Below the pieces are notes generated by a model. It was not told the DNA's origin. It did no database searches and was given only the letters and a program-made list of their open reading frames with translations. Below are positions 18,219 through 27,979 of a stretch of DNA of 64,000 nt, one piece after another (position 1 is the stretch's first letter; every line of letters starts with the position of its first letter). Both the position numbers and the translations under genes were made by a program. The DNA comes from Syntrophorhabdaceae bacterium (GTDB lineage Bacteria; Desulfobacterota; Syntrophorhabdia; Syntrophorhabdales; Syntrophorhabdaceae), in the NCBI GenBank assembly GCA_963665295.1, contig OY762209.1:64001-128000 (forward strand), in the 5' to 3' direction.

Positions 18219-19397
18219 TTACTTTGACGGCAACCCCAGTCCTCTCATTGCCATGATATTCCGCTGAACCTCTGATGTCCCGGCAATGATGCCCCATCGG
18301 ACACTGTCAAAGTACCGGGGCAGCATGTCGGTTTCTAATTCGGGAATATATTTTGACCAGTCGCGCAACTGTCCGTAGGGACCTATGCTCTGCATCACGA
18401 CGTTGAACAAATGCAACCGTATTTGTGATGCGTAGAGCTTTCCAAGGGATGCCTCGTAGGTGAGCGGCTTCCCCGTGTCCTGCAGATAGGCCACTCTATA
18501 GATCAGCCACCGTCCTACGCGCAATTCGGTGGCGAGTTGTGCCAGTTCCCCTTTAAGCCAGTCTTCGTCACAGTACAATGTGCCCGCGGCCCTGGCCTTC
18601 GAGACGTACTCAACAAACTCATCGTAGCCTGCCTGCAGATCGCCTACCGTTCCTCCCCTTTCATAGTTCAGTGCGCCGACTATGTAATCCCAGCCTCTGT
18701 TCTTTTCACCGACCAGACGATTTCTCGGTATTTCCACGTTGTCGAAAAAGACTTCGTTTGTTCTCACTCCCGCCATCGTGTACATGGCTCGTATCGTGAT
18801 GCCCGGAGTCTTCATGTCAAGGATAAACAGGGAGATGCCCTTGTGCTTCGGCACCGTGGGGTCGGTTCTCGTCGCCAGCCACATGTAATCGGCGTAGTGG
18901 GCGTGGGTGTTGAAGATCTTCTGCCCGTTGATGATGAACTTGTCGCCACTGTCCACGGCCGTGCTTTCCACCGCGCGTATTTTCAATGAAGCTACGTCGG
19001 AACCGGCCTCAGGCTCGGAGTAACCCGTCGCGAACTCAAGCTCCCCCTTCGCGATTCTGGGGATGAACTCCTTTTTCTGTTCCTCGGTCCCGTAGTGCCG
19101 GATGCCGGGCCCCGCTACTTCCACACAACTCAGGGGATAAGGGCCGTGGTGATACGCCAGTTGTTCACTGAGAATAAACCGGGTTACCGGTGATAACCCC
19201 CGGCCGCCGTATTCCTTGGGCCACGCCGGCGCCATAAGCCTCGCGTCGCCCATTTTGCGGAGCAATGTTCTTGAGTGCGGGCCCAAACCCTTCCCGCTCT
19301 CGTGTTCGTGAACGACTTCTTTTGTGCATTCTTTATCCAGGAATTCTTTTACTTCCTTTTCGAACGCCTCTTCTTCCGGAGTAAATCTGAAATCCAT
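18219..19397 (-). CDS. Acyl-CoA dehydrogenase
   Basis: GYSEPEAGSD, INGQKIF, KHKGISLF, LNYER, IIAGTSEVQRN. Confidence 0.93.
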   Translation of the reverse strand: MDFRFTPEEEAFEKEVKEFLDKECTKEVVHEHESGKGLGPHSRTLLRKMGDARLMAPAWPKEYGGRGLSPVTRFILSEQLAYHHGPYPLSCVEVAGPGIRHYGTEEQKKEFIPRIAKGELEFATGYSEPEAGSDVASLKIRAVESTAVDSGDKFIINGQKIFNTHAHYADYMWLATRTDPTVPKHKGISLFILDMKTPGITIRAMYTMAGVRTNEVFFDNVEIPRNRLVGEKNRGWDYIVGALNYERGGTVGDLQAGYDEFVEYVSKARAAGTLYCDEDWLKGELAQLATELRVGRWLIYRVAYLQDTGKPLTYEASLGKLYASQIRLHLFNVVMQSIGPYGQLRDWSKYIPELETDMLPRYFDSVRWGIIAGTSEVQRNIMAMRGLGLPSK

Positions 19398-19456
19398 AGC
19401 AATCTCCTCTAAGAGATAATCTCTGACTCAACCTGGTTGAGTCAGAGTTACTCGAA

Positions 19457-20614
19457 CTATTTCTTCAAGATGATGACCGTGCAATTTCCGCCGGCCCCCG
19501 AAGCCTGGGCCATGGCCACCTTGGCATCTTTAACCTGACGACCACCGGCCTCACCACGAAGCTGCCATGTGAGTTCCGCTATCTGGCGCAAGGCCGAGGC
19601 GCCCGTAGGTTCCGAGCAGGAAAGCAGACCTCCGCTGGGGTTGACCGGGATGTCGCCCGTGATTTCCGTTCTCCCTTCATCGATAAGCCGACCGCCTTCA
19701 CCTATCGGACAAAGTCCGAACTGTTCATAGAGAATGATCTCAGAGCTTGAATCCGTATCCTGAAGCTCGACCAGACTCAGGTCCTTGGGACCCACGCCTG
19801 CGATCTCATAGGCCTGTCTCGATAATTTCGTTGCCACTTCCTCGTTATGGATCTTTGCGCTCTGGCCCATGCCGCCTATACCGCCGCCGCACCTCGACGT
19901 ACCGTACTGGGCAACGCCTATACATGCCGCAGCCACTTTGACCGCCCTGCTCATGTTGTATTTTCTCGCTACCTCTTCGCTACAGACGATGGCGGCGCCC
20001 GCCCCTTCTCCCGGCGCGGCGAATTCGAGCAATCTCAAGGGATAACAGACCATCTTTGAATTAAGGACCTGCTCGAGGGTCATCGCTTTCTGATACATTG
20101 CATAAGGGTTGTGAACGCAATTCTTCTTGCTCTTCACCGCTACCTTGGCAAGCTGTTCCTCTGTGGTCCCGTATTCCGCCATGTGCCGGCTGGCCCGCAG
20201 GGAAAATTCAAGGGTATTTATCGCTAAACCGCTGAGCACCTGCCATTGCGGATAAGAGGTCATACGCATAAAGCCTCTGGGCATCTTTTCTACGCCGATG
20301 GCGATGGCAATGTCACAAATGCCCGCAGCCACCTGCCTGTATGCCATGATAAAGGCACTGCTGCCCGCTGCACAGCCTGTTTCCACGTTGACAATGGGTA
20401 TTCCTGTCATTCCCACCCGTGCGAGTACCCTGTGTCCTGCCCCGGTGCCTCCGTGCATGGTGCCGCAAAAGGCCGCCTGAACCTCATTCCAGGGCATATC
20501 GCCGGCATCCTTCAACGCCGCTACTACTGCTTCCTGTCCCAAATCCTCAAAAGTTTTACCGTCGAACCGGCCGAACGGGTGTACGCCTACACCAAGTACC
20601 ATTACATCTCTCAT
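19457..20614 (-). CDS. SCP2-type thiolase family protein with atypical catalytic motifs
   Basis: VETGCAAGS, GVEKM, NPYA, ELQDTD, NPSGGLLSCSEP. Confidence 0.88.
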   Translation of the reverse strand: MRDVMVLGVGVHPFGRFDGKTFEDLGQEAVVAALKDAGDMPWNEVQAAFCGTMHGGTGAGHRVLARVGMTGIPIVNVETGCAAGSSAFIMAYRQVAAGICDIAIAIGVEKMPRGFMRMTSYPQWQVLSGLAINTLEFSLRASRHMAEYGTTEEQLAKVAVKSKKNCVHNPYAMYQKAMTLEQVLNSKMVCYPLRLLEFAAPGEGAGAAIVCSEEVARKYNMSRAVKVAAACIGVAQYGTSRCGGGIGGMGQSAKIHNEEVATKLSRQAYEIAGVGPKDLSLVELQDTDSSSEIILYEQFGLCPIGEGGRLIDEGRTEITGDIPVNPSGGLLSCSEPTGASALRQIAELTWQLRGEAGGRQVKDAKVAMAQASGAGGNCTVIILKK

Positions 20615-20664
20615 GGTCGTGCCTCTCCTTTGTCTCTACATATTCTTTCTTTCATGTCAGGCAT

Positions 20665-21090
20665 TCAATTTGAGACAGGCCTAAACTTAAAGCCCACGAC
20701 ATCGTTGCCGTTATCATCGACAAACAGGCTCTCTATCACCAGGTCCATGTCCATATCGATCTTCAACTTCGCGGGGTCGGGCTCCGTTATGTAGCACATT
20801 ACCCTCACTCCATCTACCTCCACCGAGCCTACCCCGTATGGAACCGGCCCTTTGTATCCTTCGGGCACGGGATTGTTTACATTGCTGAAGGAATACAATT
20901 TTCCCCTCGGGCTGAGCAGCAACTCCGCAGCCTCGCCGCCGCAGTTTGCGCACCACGGCTGCTTCGGAAAAGTAACCTCGCCACATGTTTTACATTTGCT
21001 GCCTATAAGGTGAGGCTTCTCCGACGCTGACTTCGGGATGGTGAATAAGCCCTCTCCTACGTAAATCTTCTCTTTACCTTCACTCGACAT
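20665..21090 (-). CDS. Zn-ribbon/OB-fold DUF35 protein (thiolase partner)
   Basis: CKTCG..FP...CANCG, GKLYSFS, PVPY, FKFRP. Confidence 0.9.
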   Translation of the reverse strand: MSSEGKEKIYVGEGLFTIPKSASEKPHLIGSKCKTCGEVTFPKQPWCANCGGEAAELLLSPRGKLYSFSNVNNPVPEGYKGPVPYGVGSVEVDGVRVMCYITEPDPAKLKIDMDMDLVIESLFVDDNGNDVVGFKFRPVSN

Positions 21091-21139
21091 ACTGCACACC
21101 TCCTCTTTTGACCTCATTCCTGCGCTACTTATCTCTCGC

Positions 21140-22129
21140 TTACTCCGTCATCGCTTTTATCTTTTCAGTGAAGGCCGGTACAAAGGCCTTCCAGTCCCCC
21201 ACCACGCCGTAGTGGGCAAACTTGAAAATATTGGCCTCGGGGTCCTGGTTGATTGCGATCAGGGTTTTGGCTCCGGAACATCCTGTCATGTGCTGCGTTG
21301 AGCCGGAGATTGCCACCGCGATATACAGGTCCGGGGCTATGATTTTGCCTGTTATGCCCACCAGCCGGTTAGTGGGATACCAATTCTGGTCAACAGCCGG
21401 ACGACTGGCCCCCACCGCTCCTTTCAGGGCCTTTGCCAGCGCCTCGAGGTCATGGAAACCCTCCGCGCCGCCGATGCCTCTCCCGCCCGAGACCACTATG
21501 CCTGCTTCCTCGAGCTTTACGCCTGCCACTTCTTCCACCACCTTTTCCAGCAGCCTGGTCCTCACCGCCGCCGCATCGATACCGGCATCAACGGTGATTA
21601 CTTCGCCCTGCCGTGCATCATCCGGTTCCAGCGCTGCCATGGCCTTGCTTCGGATGGTGACGATCTGGGGGTCTATATCCGTGGTGATCACCTGCTTGGC
21701 GTTGCCGCCGTAAACCGGCTTCGTTTGCAGCAGACGCCCGCCGTCAATGGCGAGGTCCAGGCAATCCGAAGTGGCCACCGTACCCAGGCGAAATGCCAGC
21801 CGCCCCGCGAGATCGCGACCGATGTCCGTCTGGCCCATGATGAGTATTTGGGTGGATGCCTGTTCCACCAGCTTCTGCATCACCGCCACATAAGGGTCCG
21901 ACTGATAGTCGCTGAACAGAACATCGTCCACCACAAAGACCTTGTCGGCGCCATAGCGGATCGCTTCCTTTGCTATGTCGCCGACCTTATTCCCGACCAC
22001 GAGCGCCACCAGCGATTGACCCAGATTGTCGGCAAGCTTCCGGCCGATTCCGAGACCTTCGGTGGATACGGGGGCTAGTTTGTCCCCCTTTGTTTCACAA
22101 AAAACACTAACATTTTTATATTCAGCCAT
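21140..22129 (-). CDS. etfA: Electron transfer flavoprotein alpha subunit
   Basis: VVSGGRG, VGASRPAVD, VGITGK, LYIAVAISG, AINQDPEANIF. Confidence 0.95.
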   Translation of the reverse strand: MAEYKNVSVFCETKGDKLAPVSTEGLGIGRKLADNLGQSLVALVVGNKVGDIAKEAIRYGADKVFVVDDVLFSDYQSDPYVAVMQKLVEQASTQILIMGQTDIGRDLAGRLAFRLGTVATSDCLDLAIDGGRLLQTKPVYGGNAKQVITTDIDPQIVTIRSKAMAALEPDDARQGEVITVDAGIDAAAVRTRLLEKVVEEVAGVKLEEAGIVVSGGRGIGGAEGFHDLEALAKALKGAVGASRPAVDQNWYPTNRLVGITGKIIAPDLYIAVAISGSTQHMTGCSGAKTLIAINQDPEANIFKFAHYGVVGDWKAFVPAFTEKIKAMTE

Positions 22130-22169
22130 CGGGTTAACTCCTTTCCAGAATCATGATCCCTGGTCGCAT

Positions 22170-22958
22170 TTAGAATAACTTCGCGGCACGAAGCCTCTCA
22201 GTCAGGTTCTCCGCCATCTCCTCGGGAGACTCTCCCTTGATCAATTCGCAATGAGCTTCCGTAACTTCCTGATAGAGTCTCACCATTTTGGATTTTCGCG
22301 GGACCGGGGCGTCCATTCCGATATCAGTCGGCGTATAGACAGTGGGCTTCATCTTCTTCGCGGCCATAATACCCTTCATCGTCGGAAAACGCACCTCGCC
22401 GATTTCATTGCTCACCGTGATCACGGCGGGCAGGGGGACGGTGACAACCTCGTAACCATCGGTGATTACCCGTTGCACCCTGGCCTCGCCGGCGCCGATA
22501 TCGATCTGTTTGGCAAGGGTCACGCAGGGCAATCCGAGGGTTTCGGCAATGCCCGGACCGGTCTGTGCGCCGTTCGTATCGGATGCCTCACGGCCGGTAA
22601 GTATCAGGTCGTATTCGCCTAACTTCTTGATGGCCAGGGATAGTCCGTGGACCGTGCCAAAGGCGTCCATGTCCGCAAAGGCGTCATCTTCCATGAGGAT
22701 CAACTCGTCGGCGCCCATGGCCAGGGTCTTCTTCACCACATTTGCCACCATGTCCGTTCCCATGGTGATCACGGTTACTTTGCCTCCTTGGGCGGCCTTG
22801 AGTCTCAAGGCCCCTTCCAGGGCGTACTCTCCGTATGGGTCAAGCACCGGCGGGCTGCCGTCCGTGTTCAACCCTTTTTTCGTTGCTTCATCGATTTTGA
22901 AGACGGTGCTCGGTGCCTCGGGGTCAATGACCTGTTTCACACACACAACAATGTTCAT
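22170..22958 (-). CDS. etfB: Electron transfer flavoprotein beta subunit
   Basis: MNIVVCVKQV, ALEGALRLK, GREASD, LPAVITV. Confidence 0.95.
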   Translation of the reverse strand: MNIVVCVKQVIDPEAPSTVFKIDEATKKGLNTDGSPPVLDPYGEYALEGALRLKAAQGGKVTVITMGTDMVANVVKKTLAMGADELILMEDDAFADMDAFGTVHGLSLAIKKLGEYDLILTGREASDTNGAQTGPGIAETLGLPCVTLAKQIDIGAGEARVQRVITDGYEVVTVPLPAVITVSNEIGEVRFPTMKGIMAAKKMKPTVYTPTDIGMDAPVPRKSKMVRLYQEVTEAHCELIKGESPEEMAENLTERLRAAKLF

Positions 22959-23028
22959 AACGCAGGCTCCTTCTCGTATGAAGTGTCGTGGCCCATCCAT
23001 CTTTCCGGGATGGGTGGGCCACGGCGTA

Positions 23029-24489
23029 CTAGGCTTTTATGTTGTACTTTTTCCAGTTCTCCCTGACTTTCTTCATGGTTGCATCGTCCGGGTAGGCCAG
23101 TGGAGCAAATCTTTCACCGAACCATTCGTCCGTCCTCGGCCAATCTATGGGCTTCGTGCAGTCGAAGAGCACGCGGTCGCACTTCTTCACTGCCTCGTGG
23201 ACGCGGTCCTTGGGGTGTACGGCAGGGTCCAGGGGGGATATCCATCCCGGGAACTTTATGATGTCTCTTTCCGCGTTCAGCCGGTACCCTATGGCCCACA
23301 TCACCTTGTTCAAATCAAAAATGTCGATATCCTTGTCGAAGACGAAGACGTTCTTTCCTATCATCACCGATGACATGGAACTCCAGATATTGGCCGCTAC
23401 CTGATGGACCTGTCCCACATAGCTGTTGTCGATCTGGACGAACACGTTCGACCATGCCGTGCTGGGGTCCACATTGACTGCCGTCACGCCCTGCATTCTC
23501 TCTTCCAGAAGGTCCCGCATGGAAGCCGAGTGGCCGATGGACTCGATGTGGTGGTCTTCATTGATGGGCACGCCTTCCAGGGTTCCCTGCAGGATGGGAT
23601 CGTTTCTGTGGGTGATGCACGTTACGTTGAACACGGGACGGGTGTGAGGCACGCTGCAGTAGTAACCCGTATATTCGCCAAAAGGTCCTTCCAGCATGAA
23701 GCTGTCTTTATTTGTGTCGAGATATCCTTCATAAACGATCTCCGCCGAGGCCGGCACCAAAAGATCGTTGGTCTCACACTTCACCAATTCCACGGGCTCG
23801 CCCAGAAGACCACCCATTACATCGTACTCACAGGTACCGATGCCCTGGTGAGAACAGGCCACCGCGGGGAGTATAGGGTTCCAGCCGTTCGCCACGGCGA
23901 TGGGTACATTCTCGCCTTTCTTGCTGTAGCTCCTCCAATGTAACCAGGCATGCTGGCCTACGGTGAAGGTGATGCCCAACTGTTTCTTGTTGTGGATTGC
24001 ACGTCTGTAAAGACCGACGTTGATCCAGTCGGAGTCGCGGTCTTTCGTGACTACGCCGTCGAAAGTCCCTATGTAGCGGTGACCGTCCCTGTCGTGCCAG
24101 AAGGGAGCGGGAAACTGGAACATGTCAACATCCTCTTCCTTTATGATGTTCTCTTTTACCGGACCTGTGGCGACGATTTTCGGTTTGACCCGTTTCTTTG
24201 ATCTTTCCCTCCAGATGTCGATCAACTCCCTGTAGGGAGTCTCTTTGGGAAGGCCGAGCATTAAAGCGATTCGAGAAAAACTGGCCAGGGCTCCGGTGAA
24301 GAACTTACGGCCAACGGTATTCTCGTGATCCTTGATGTTCTCAAAGAGAAGTGCGGGGCCTCCCCGGTCAAAAGTCTCCTGCGTGATACCGCCGATCTCG
24401 AGGTTCCAGTCGACTTTCTCCTTTATACGCGCCACTTCACCCTGTTCTTCAAGTTCCTTGATCCACTCCCTCAAATCCTTTATTGCCAT
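23029..24489 (-). CDS. UbiD family prFMN-dependent (de)carboxylase
   Basis: VDWNLEI, GPALLFENI, DGHRYI, NVGLYR, AEIVYEG, EGPFGEYTGYY, SPLDP. Confidence 0.95.
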   Translation of the reverse strand: MAIKDLREWIKELEEQGEVARIKEKVDWNLEIGGITQETFDRGGPALLFENIKDHENTVGRKFFTGALASFSRIALMLGLPKETPYRELIDIWRERSKKRVKPKIVATGPVKENIIKEEDVDMFQFPAPFWHDRDGHRYIGTFDGVVTKDRDSDWINVGLYRRAIHNKKQLGITFTVGQHAWLHWRSYSKKGENVPIAVANGWNPILPAVACSHQGIGTCEYDVMGGLLGEPVELVKCETNDLLVPASAEIVYEGYLDTNKDSFMLEGPFGEYTGYYCSVPHTRPVFNVTCITHRNDPILQGTLEGVPINEDHHIESIGHSASMRDLLEERMQGVTAVNVDPSTAWSNVFVQIDNSYVGQVHQVAANIWSSMSSVMIGKNVFVFDKDIDIFDLNKVMWAIGYRLNAERDIIKFPGWISPLDPAVHPKDRVHEAVKKCDRVLFDCTKPIDWPRTDEWFGERFAPLAYPDDATMKKVRENWKKYNIKA

Positions 24490-24539
24490 AGTTATCTCCT
24501 TTCATCGCAGATATCTTCGCTTCTGCGGACGGTACTCTG

Positions 24540-24597
24540 TTATTGAGACATCGGCCTTCCTTTATCGCTCGCCTGGCCATCGAGGAAGCTCTCACAT
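24540..24597 (-). pseudogene. 3'-end relic of a TetR gene
   Basis: Minus strand TATGTGAGA...GCGAGCGATAAAGGAAGGCCGATGTCTCAATAA matches the end of TetR 27047 (TATGTGAGA...GCGAGCGATAAAGGAAGGACGAAGCCTCAGTAA). Confidence 0.7.
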
Positions 24598-24758
24598 ACC
24601 GTACGGTTATTATCTAACTCGTTTCTCATAAAGGTGTCAAGTTTTTTTTTGAATTTCGCCATATTTTTAATTTAGTCTATTACTTCAATGTGTTATATGT
24701 TTCACGTTGTGTATGAGCGACGACCTTATTTTTTTCCTAATAAACCGAACGGTTATTT
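24597..24758 (-). promoter_or_regulatory. ubiD-cluster promoter (TTGACA) with two TetR-type operators
   Basis: TACCGTACGGTTATTA 24597-24612, TTGACA 24640-24635, AACCGAACGGTTATTT 24743-24758; AT-rich region. Confidence 0.65.
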
Positions 24759-25001
24759 TCATAGTATACAGCAGGGCGCACGATGCAGGCGAAGGAGGGT
24801 GAAATTTGAAGTATTTTTATATATTACGAGTTCAAGACGACAGGCGTCCCCCTGTAATTGACATCCAGGGGGAGGAAGAGCCTGCTTCCACGGCAGCAGG
24901 GTATGTGATTCAGGACTTTTCTTTTTGAGTAGGGGCCGGTTCTCTTCGGCGGTCCCTTTTCAGCGCTTTCCGGGATTCTTCCCTGTACGGGGGCGGCCGG
25001 T

Positions 25002-26030
25002 TTATTTGCCTCGGTTTCCGCCAAGCCTGGGGAAAAGCGCCCGCCCGTTGCGACTCAGGACAGCCTTCCTTTCCTCTTCGCCGATCTCTTCGCACGTGCG
25101 GACCGCCTTGAGGCACTCCGTCGGAACCGCGCTCCCTGCGAAAGGATAGTCCGTGCCTGCCATGACGCGTGATGCGCCGACCTGCTTTACAAGATAGGAC
25201 AAGGCATTGGGACTTACAATGGCGGTGTCGTAGTAAAAGTGACCCAAGTACTCATCGAAGCCCTTCGGAGCAGCTTCCGCGAAGGATTTCCACACCGACG
25301 GCGCCATCCTTCCAAGCCGATAGGAAAGATAGGGCAAGGTGCCGCCCCCATGGGAAAGAATGAAGGTAATGTCGGGATGGCGTTCCAACACACCCGAACA
25401 GACGAGGCTGAACGCCGCACGGGTCGTGTCGAAGGGCGCATCCATTACGGCGGCGGGGATGCCGAACTGCACGCCGGGCGGGTCCGTGGGGTGAACATGG
25501 ACGACCGTTTTCCTTGCATTCAGAGCCCTGTACACCTCTTCAAACGATGCGTCCCCAAGGTACTTGAGACCATAATTGGACATAAGCTCGACCCCGTCGA
25601 GTTTCAGGATATCGAGGGCATAGTCAAGTTCCCGCAAGACCCCTTCCGTATCAATAAGGGGCGGCATGGTTGCGAAGGCGCCATACCGGTCAGGGTGGGC
25701 TTCGACCATCCTGGCGACGAGTTCATTACACAACCGGGCAAGAGCGCGCCCATGTTCCGTTCCGGGAACGTTTGCCGCGGGAGTACTGAAGGATACAATC
25801 CCAACCTGCACGCCGAGTTTGTCCATGAGTTCCATGTCTTTTTCGATCGACCATGCCGGGAAGGAGACTCCGATGCTGCTCGTGACTCCCAGGCCGGAAA
25901 GGGCTTCAAGATACTCGGCTGGTACTACGTGATGGTGCACGTCGATGGCGCCTTCGATCAGCGCCGTCTGTTTGCTTCCCACCGCCCTGCTGCCCGGGTT
26001 CAGTTCAGAGTCGGGTTTCATATATCTCAT
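25002..26030 (-). CDS. Amidohydrolase-2 family protein (non-oxidative aromatic decarboxylase-like)
   Basis: IDVHHH, VHPT, ILSHGGGTLPYL, YYDTA, GTDYPF. Confidence 0.88.
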   Translation of the reverse strand: MRYMKPDSELNPGSRAVGSKQTALIEGAIDVHHHVVPAEYLEALSGLGVTSSIGVSFPAWSIEKDMELMDKLGVQVGIVSFSTPAANVPGTEHGRALARLCNELVARMVEAHPDRYGAFATMPPLIDTEGVLRELDYALDILKLDGVELMSNYGLKYLGDASFEEVYRALNARKTVVHVHPTDPPGVQFGIPAAVMDAPFDTTRAAFSLVCSGVLERHPDITFILSHGGGTLPYLSYRLGRMAPSVWKSFAEAAPKGFDEYLGHFYYDTAIVSPNALSYLVKQVGASRVMAGTDYPFAGSAVPTECLKAVRTCEEIGEEERKAVLSRNGRALFPRLGGNRGK

Positions 26031-26062
26031 CTCCTTTGATGATTTCGAATCCCCTCTCGCCT

Positions 26063-26935
26063 CTATCCGGGATCATCGGGGGTCGCCAGGTTCGTGGCAA
26101 TGCTCAGGAGACGACCTCCGGCTCCCATGTCAAGGATCTCCACGAGACTCAGGACCGTTTCGCTTGTTTTTCGAAGAAGCGTTGTCTTCGTCTGAAAGGG
26201 ACCGATCTCGCCCAGGCTCAGGAAATGAATGGCGAGGTCGGTGGTCGCAAAGGACCTTCCCGCAGCATGGCCCGCCATGGTCTGTCCAGCCAGGTCGGCG
26301 AGAAGGGCAATAACGCCTCCGTGGAGGGCGTTGAAACTGTTTCGCACATAGTCACTCATATCAACCTGGACCAAAGCCTCCGCCTCGTTCAGGACCTTCA
26401 GTCCGACTTTGTCATAGAATGGTTGAATCAGGCCCGCATCGTCCGGGTGGGCATCGGGCGTCCCCTTCGCTACAGGGTCGACCTTGAGCAACGGCGAACC
26501 TTCCCTGGGCGAAAATCGCGTGAAGTCTATCATTGCCTTGGCTATGGTGGTGAAACCGCCCTGTTCACGGGGCGCGTGACGAATATCTGCCATGACGAGG
26601 ACCGTATTTCGTCCCGTTCTTCTCAGTTCACCTTCAGCTTCGATGTACCCCGACAGGGCCCGCCCTGAGGATTGAACGGACAGATGGGTGGTCGCGGCCC
26701 AATCCGGATGGAAGGCTGTAAGCGCCAATCCTCCGCCCAGAACATCCATAAGAGCGGCCAATACGCCCGCGAGCATGGCGCCGTTACAGGCGCGGACTGC
26801 GCTCTGAACAGGCGCGCGAAGGGTAGCCTTGTCCGGCCCCTGGAATGAGATGGAAGGCGAGAGGTCGCGTAACATTCGACTCAGCGGCGGGTAGTAACCC
26901 CTCGCGATAGCCGTGTCCTTTGTTTTTTCTTTCAT
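26063..26935 (-). CDS. PaaI-family double-hotdog thioesterase
   Basis: Two hotdog repeats: NGAMLAGVLAALMD and NALHGGVIALLAD; TTDLAIHFL. Confidence 0.82.
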   Translation of the reverse strand: MKEKTKDTAIARGYYPPLSRMLRDLSPSISFQGPDKATLRAPVQSAVRACNGAMLAGVLAALMDVLGGGLALTAFHPDWAATTHLSVQSSGRALSGYIEAEGELRRTGRNTVLVMADIRHAPREQGGFTTIAKAMIDFTRFSPREGSPLLKVDPVAKGTPDAHPDDAGLIQPFYDKVGLKVLNEAEALVQVDMSDYVRNSFNALHGGVIALLADLAGQTMAGHAAGRSFATTDLAIHFLSLGEIGPFQTKTTLLRKTSETVLSLVEILDMGAGGRLLSIATNLATPDDPG

Positions 26936-27046
26936 ATTTCCGCCCCGTGCGGCGCACAAGGCGCTAAGGAACCCCTCGGGCCCATCCCGTGAATGGACGC
27001 CGAAGTCGGTCCAAAAGCACTCTTCTCTTCCGCCGACAGCGCCCTC

Positions 27047-27667
27047 TTACTGAGGCTTCGTCCTTCCTTTATCGCTCGCGAGGCCGTAAATGAAAGTTTT
27101 CCGGAAGGTTCTCACATATTCCTCGGCATCGATCAGGTTCCTGTTAAGAACCCATTGATGGAGCAGTCCGTCATGGAGAGCCATGAAAGTCAAAGCGGCG
27201 AGATCCGGGTCCGTTTTCTTGTCCACCAGACCCTGGCTGATCCCCTGGCGTACGATGCCGCCGATAAACCTCTGGTAGTCGTTGTAGACGGCCTTCAGCA
27301 TGGGCTCGAAATCAATATCCGCCTTCAGTTCCGTGGTGAGGAATGTCAGGAATACACAAAGATTCTGGTGCTCCGATGCGAACTGGGCGCTAAAAGTTAT
27401 GCACCGGTGCAGCTTGTCAAGGGCATCGCCTTCGCCATCATTTGCGAACCGGATCATCTCGTCGATGTATCTAACCTTATATCGCTCTAAAATCCGGAGC
27501 AAGAGTTCGCCCTTGCTCTTGAAGTGAGCATACAAAGAGCCTTTGGTTAGCCCAACCTTGTTCACGATATCAGTGATGGACGTACCGTGATACCCTTTAC
27601 GCACGAAAAGCTCCAGGGCCGCCAGGACAATTTTCCGGTCTGTCTCTATACCGTCAGCTCTTTTCAT
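27047..27667 (-). CDS. TetR/AcrR family transcriptional regulator
   Basis: ALELFVRKGYHGTSITDIVNKVGLTKGSLYAHFKSK HTH. Confidence 0.95.
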   Translation of the reverse strand: MKRADGIETDRKIVLAALELFVRKGYHGTSITDIVNKVGLTKGSLYAHFKSKGELLLRILERYKVRYIDEMIRFANDGEGDALDKLHRCITFSAQFASEHQNLCVFLTFLTTELKADIDFEPMLKAVYNDYQRFIGGIVRQGISQGLVDKKTDPDLAALTFMALHDGLLHQWVLNRNLIDAEEYVRTFRKTFIYGLASDKGRTKPQ

Positions 27668-27687
27668 CTAAAACCACCTCCCCATAA

Positions 27688-27818
27688 TACTATACGCTTA
27701 TTACTTTAGCTTGTTTGCCATAGACCTGTCAAGTTGCTCGATTACGTCACACTTTTTTACTGATTAAATTCCGTTGGTTAGGCTTCGTGATCTCTTTTTA
27801 CATACCGAACGGTCATTT
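27688..27818 (-). promoter_or_regulatory. TetR promoter with two operators
   Basis: TACTATACGCTTATTA 27688-27703, TTGACA 27732-27727, TACCGAACGGTCATTT 27803-27818. Confidence 0.6.
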
Positions 27819-27979
27819 TCTTATTGACTATCGGGAATCAGTAATATAACATGGAATAGAGTCATACCGATACCCTGAAACCTGTTTTTTCCATTGAAAA
27901 AAGGGTGGACAGGCAGCGCGAAACGACGGGCAGGGTAATGGGATGTCGGCCACGAGGCCGTAAATAATGAGGAGGAGCA

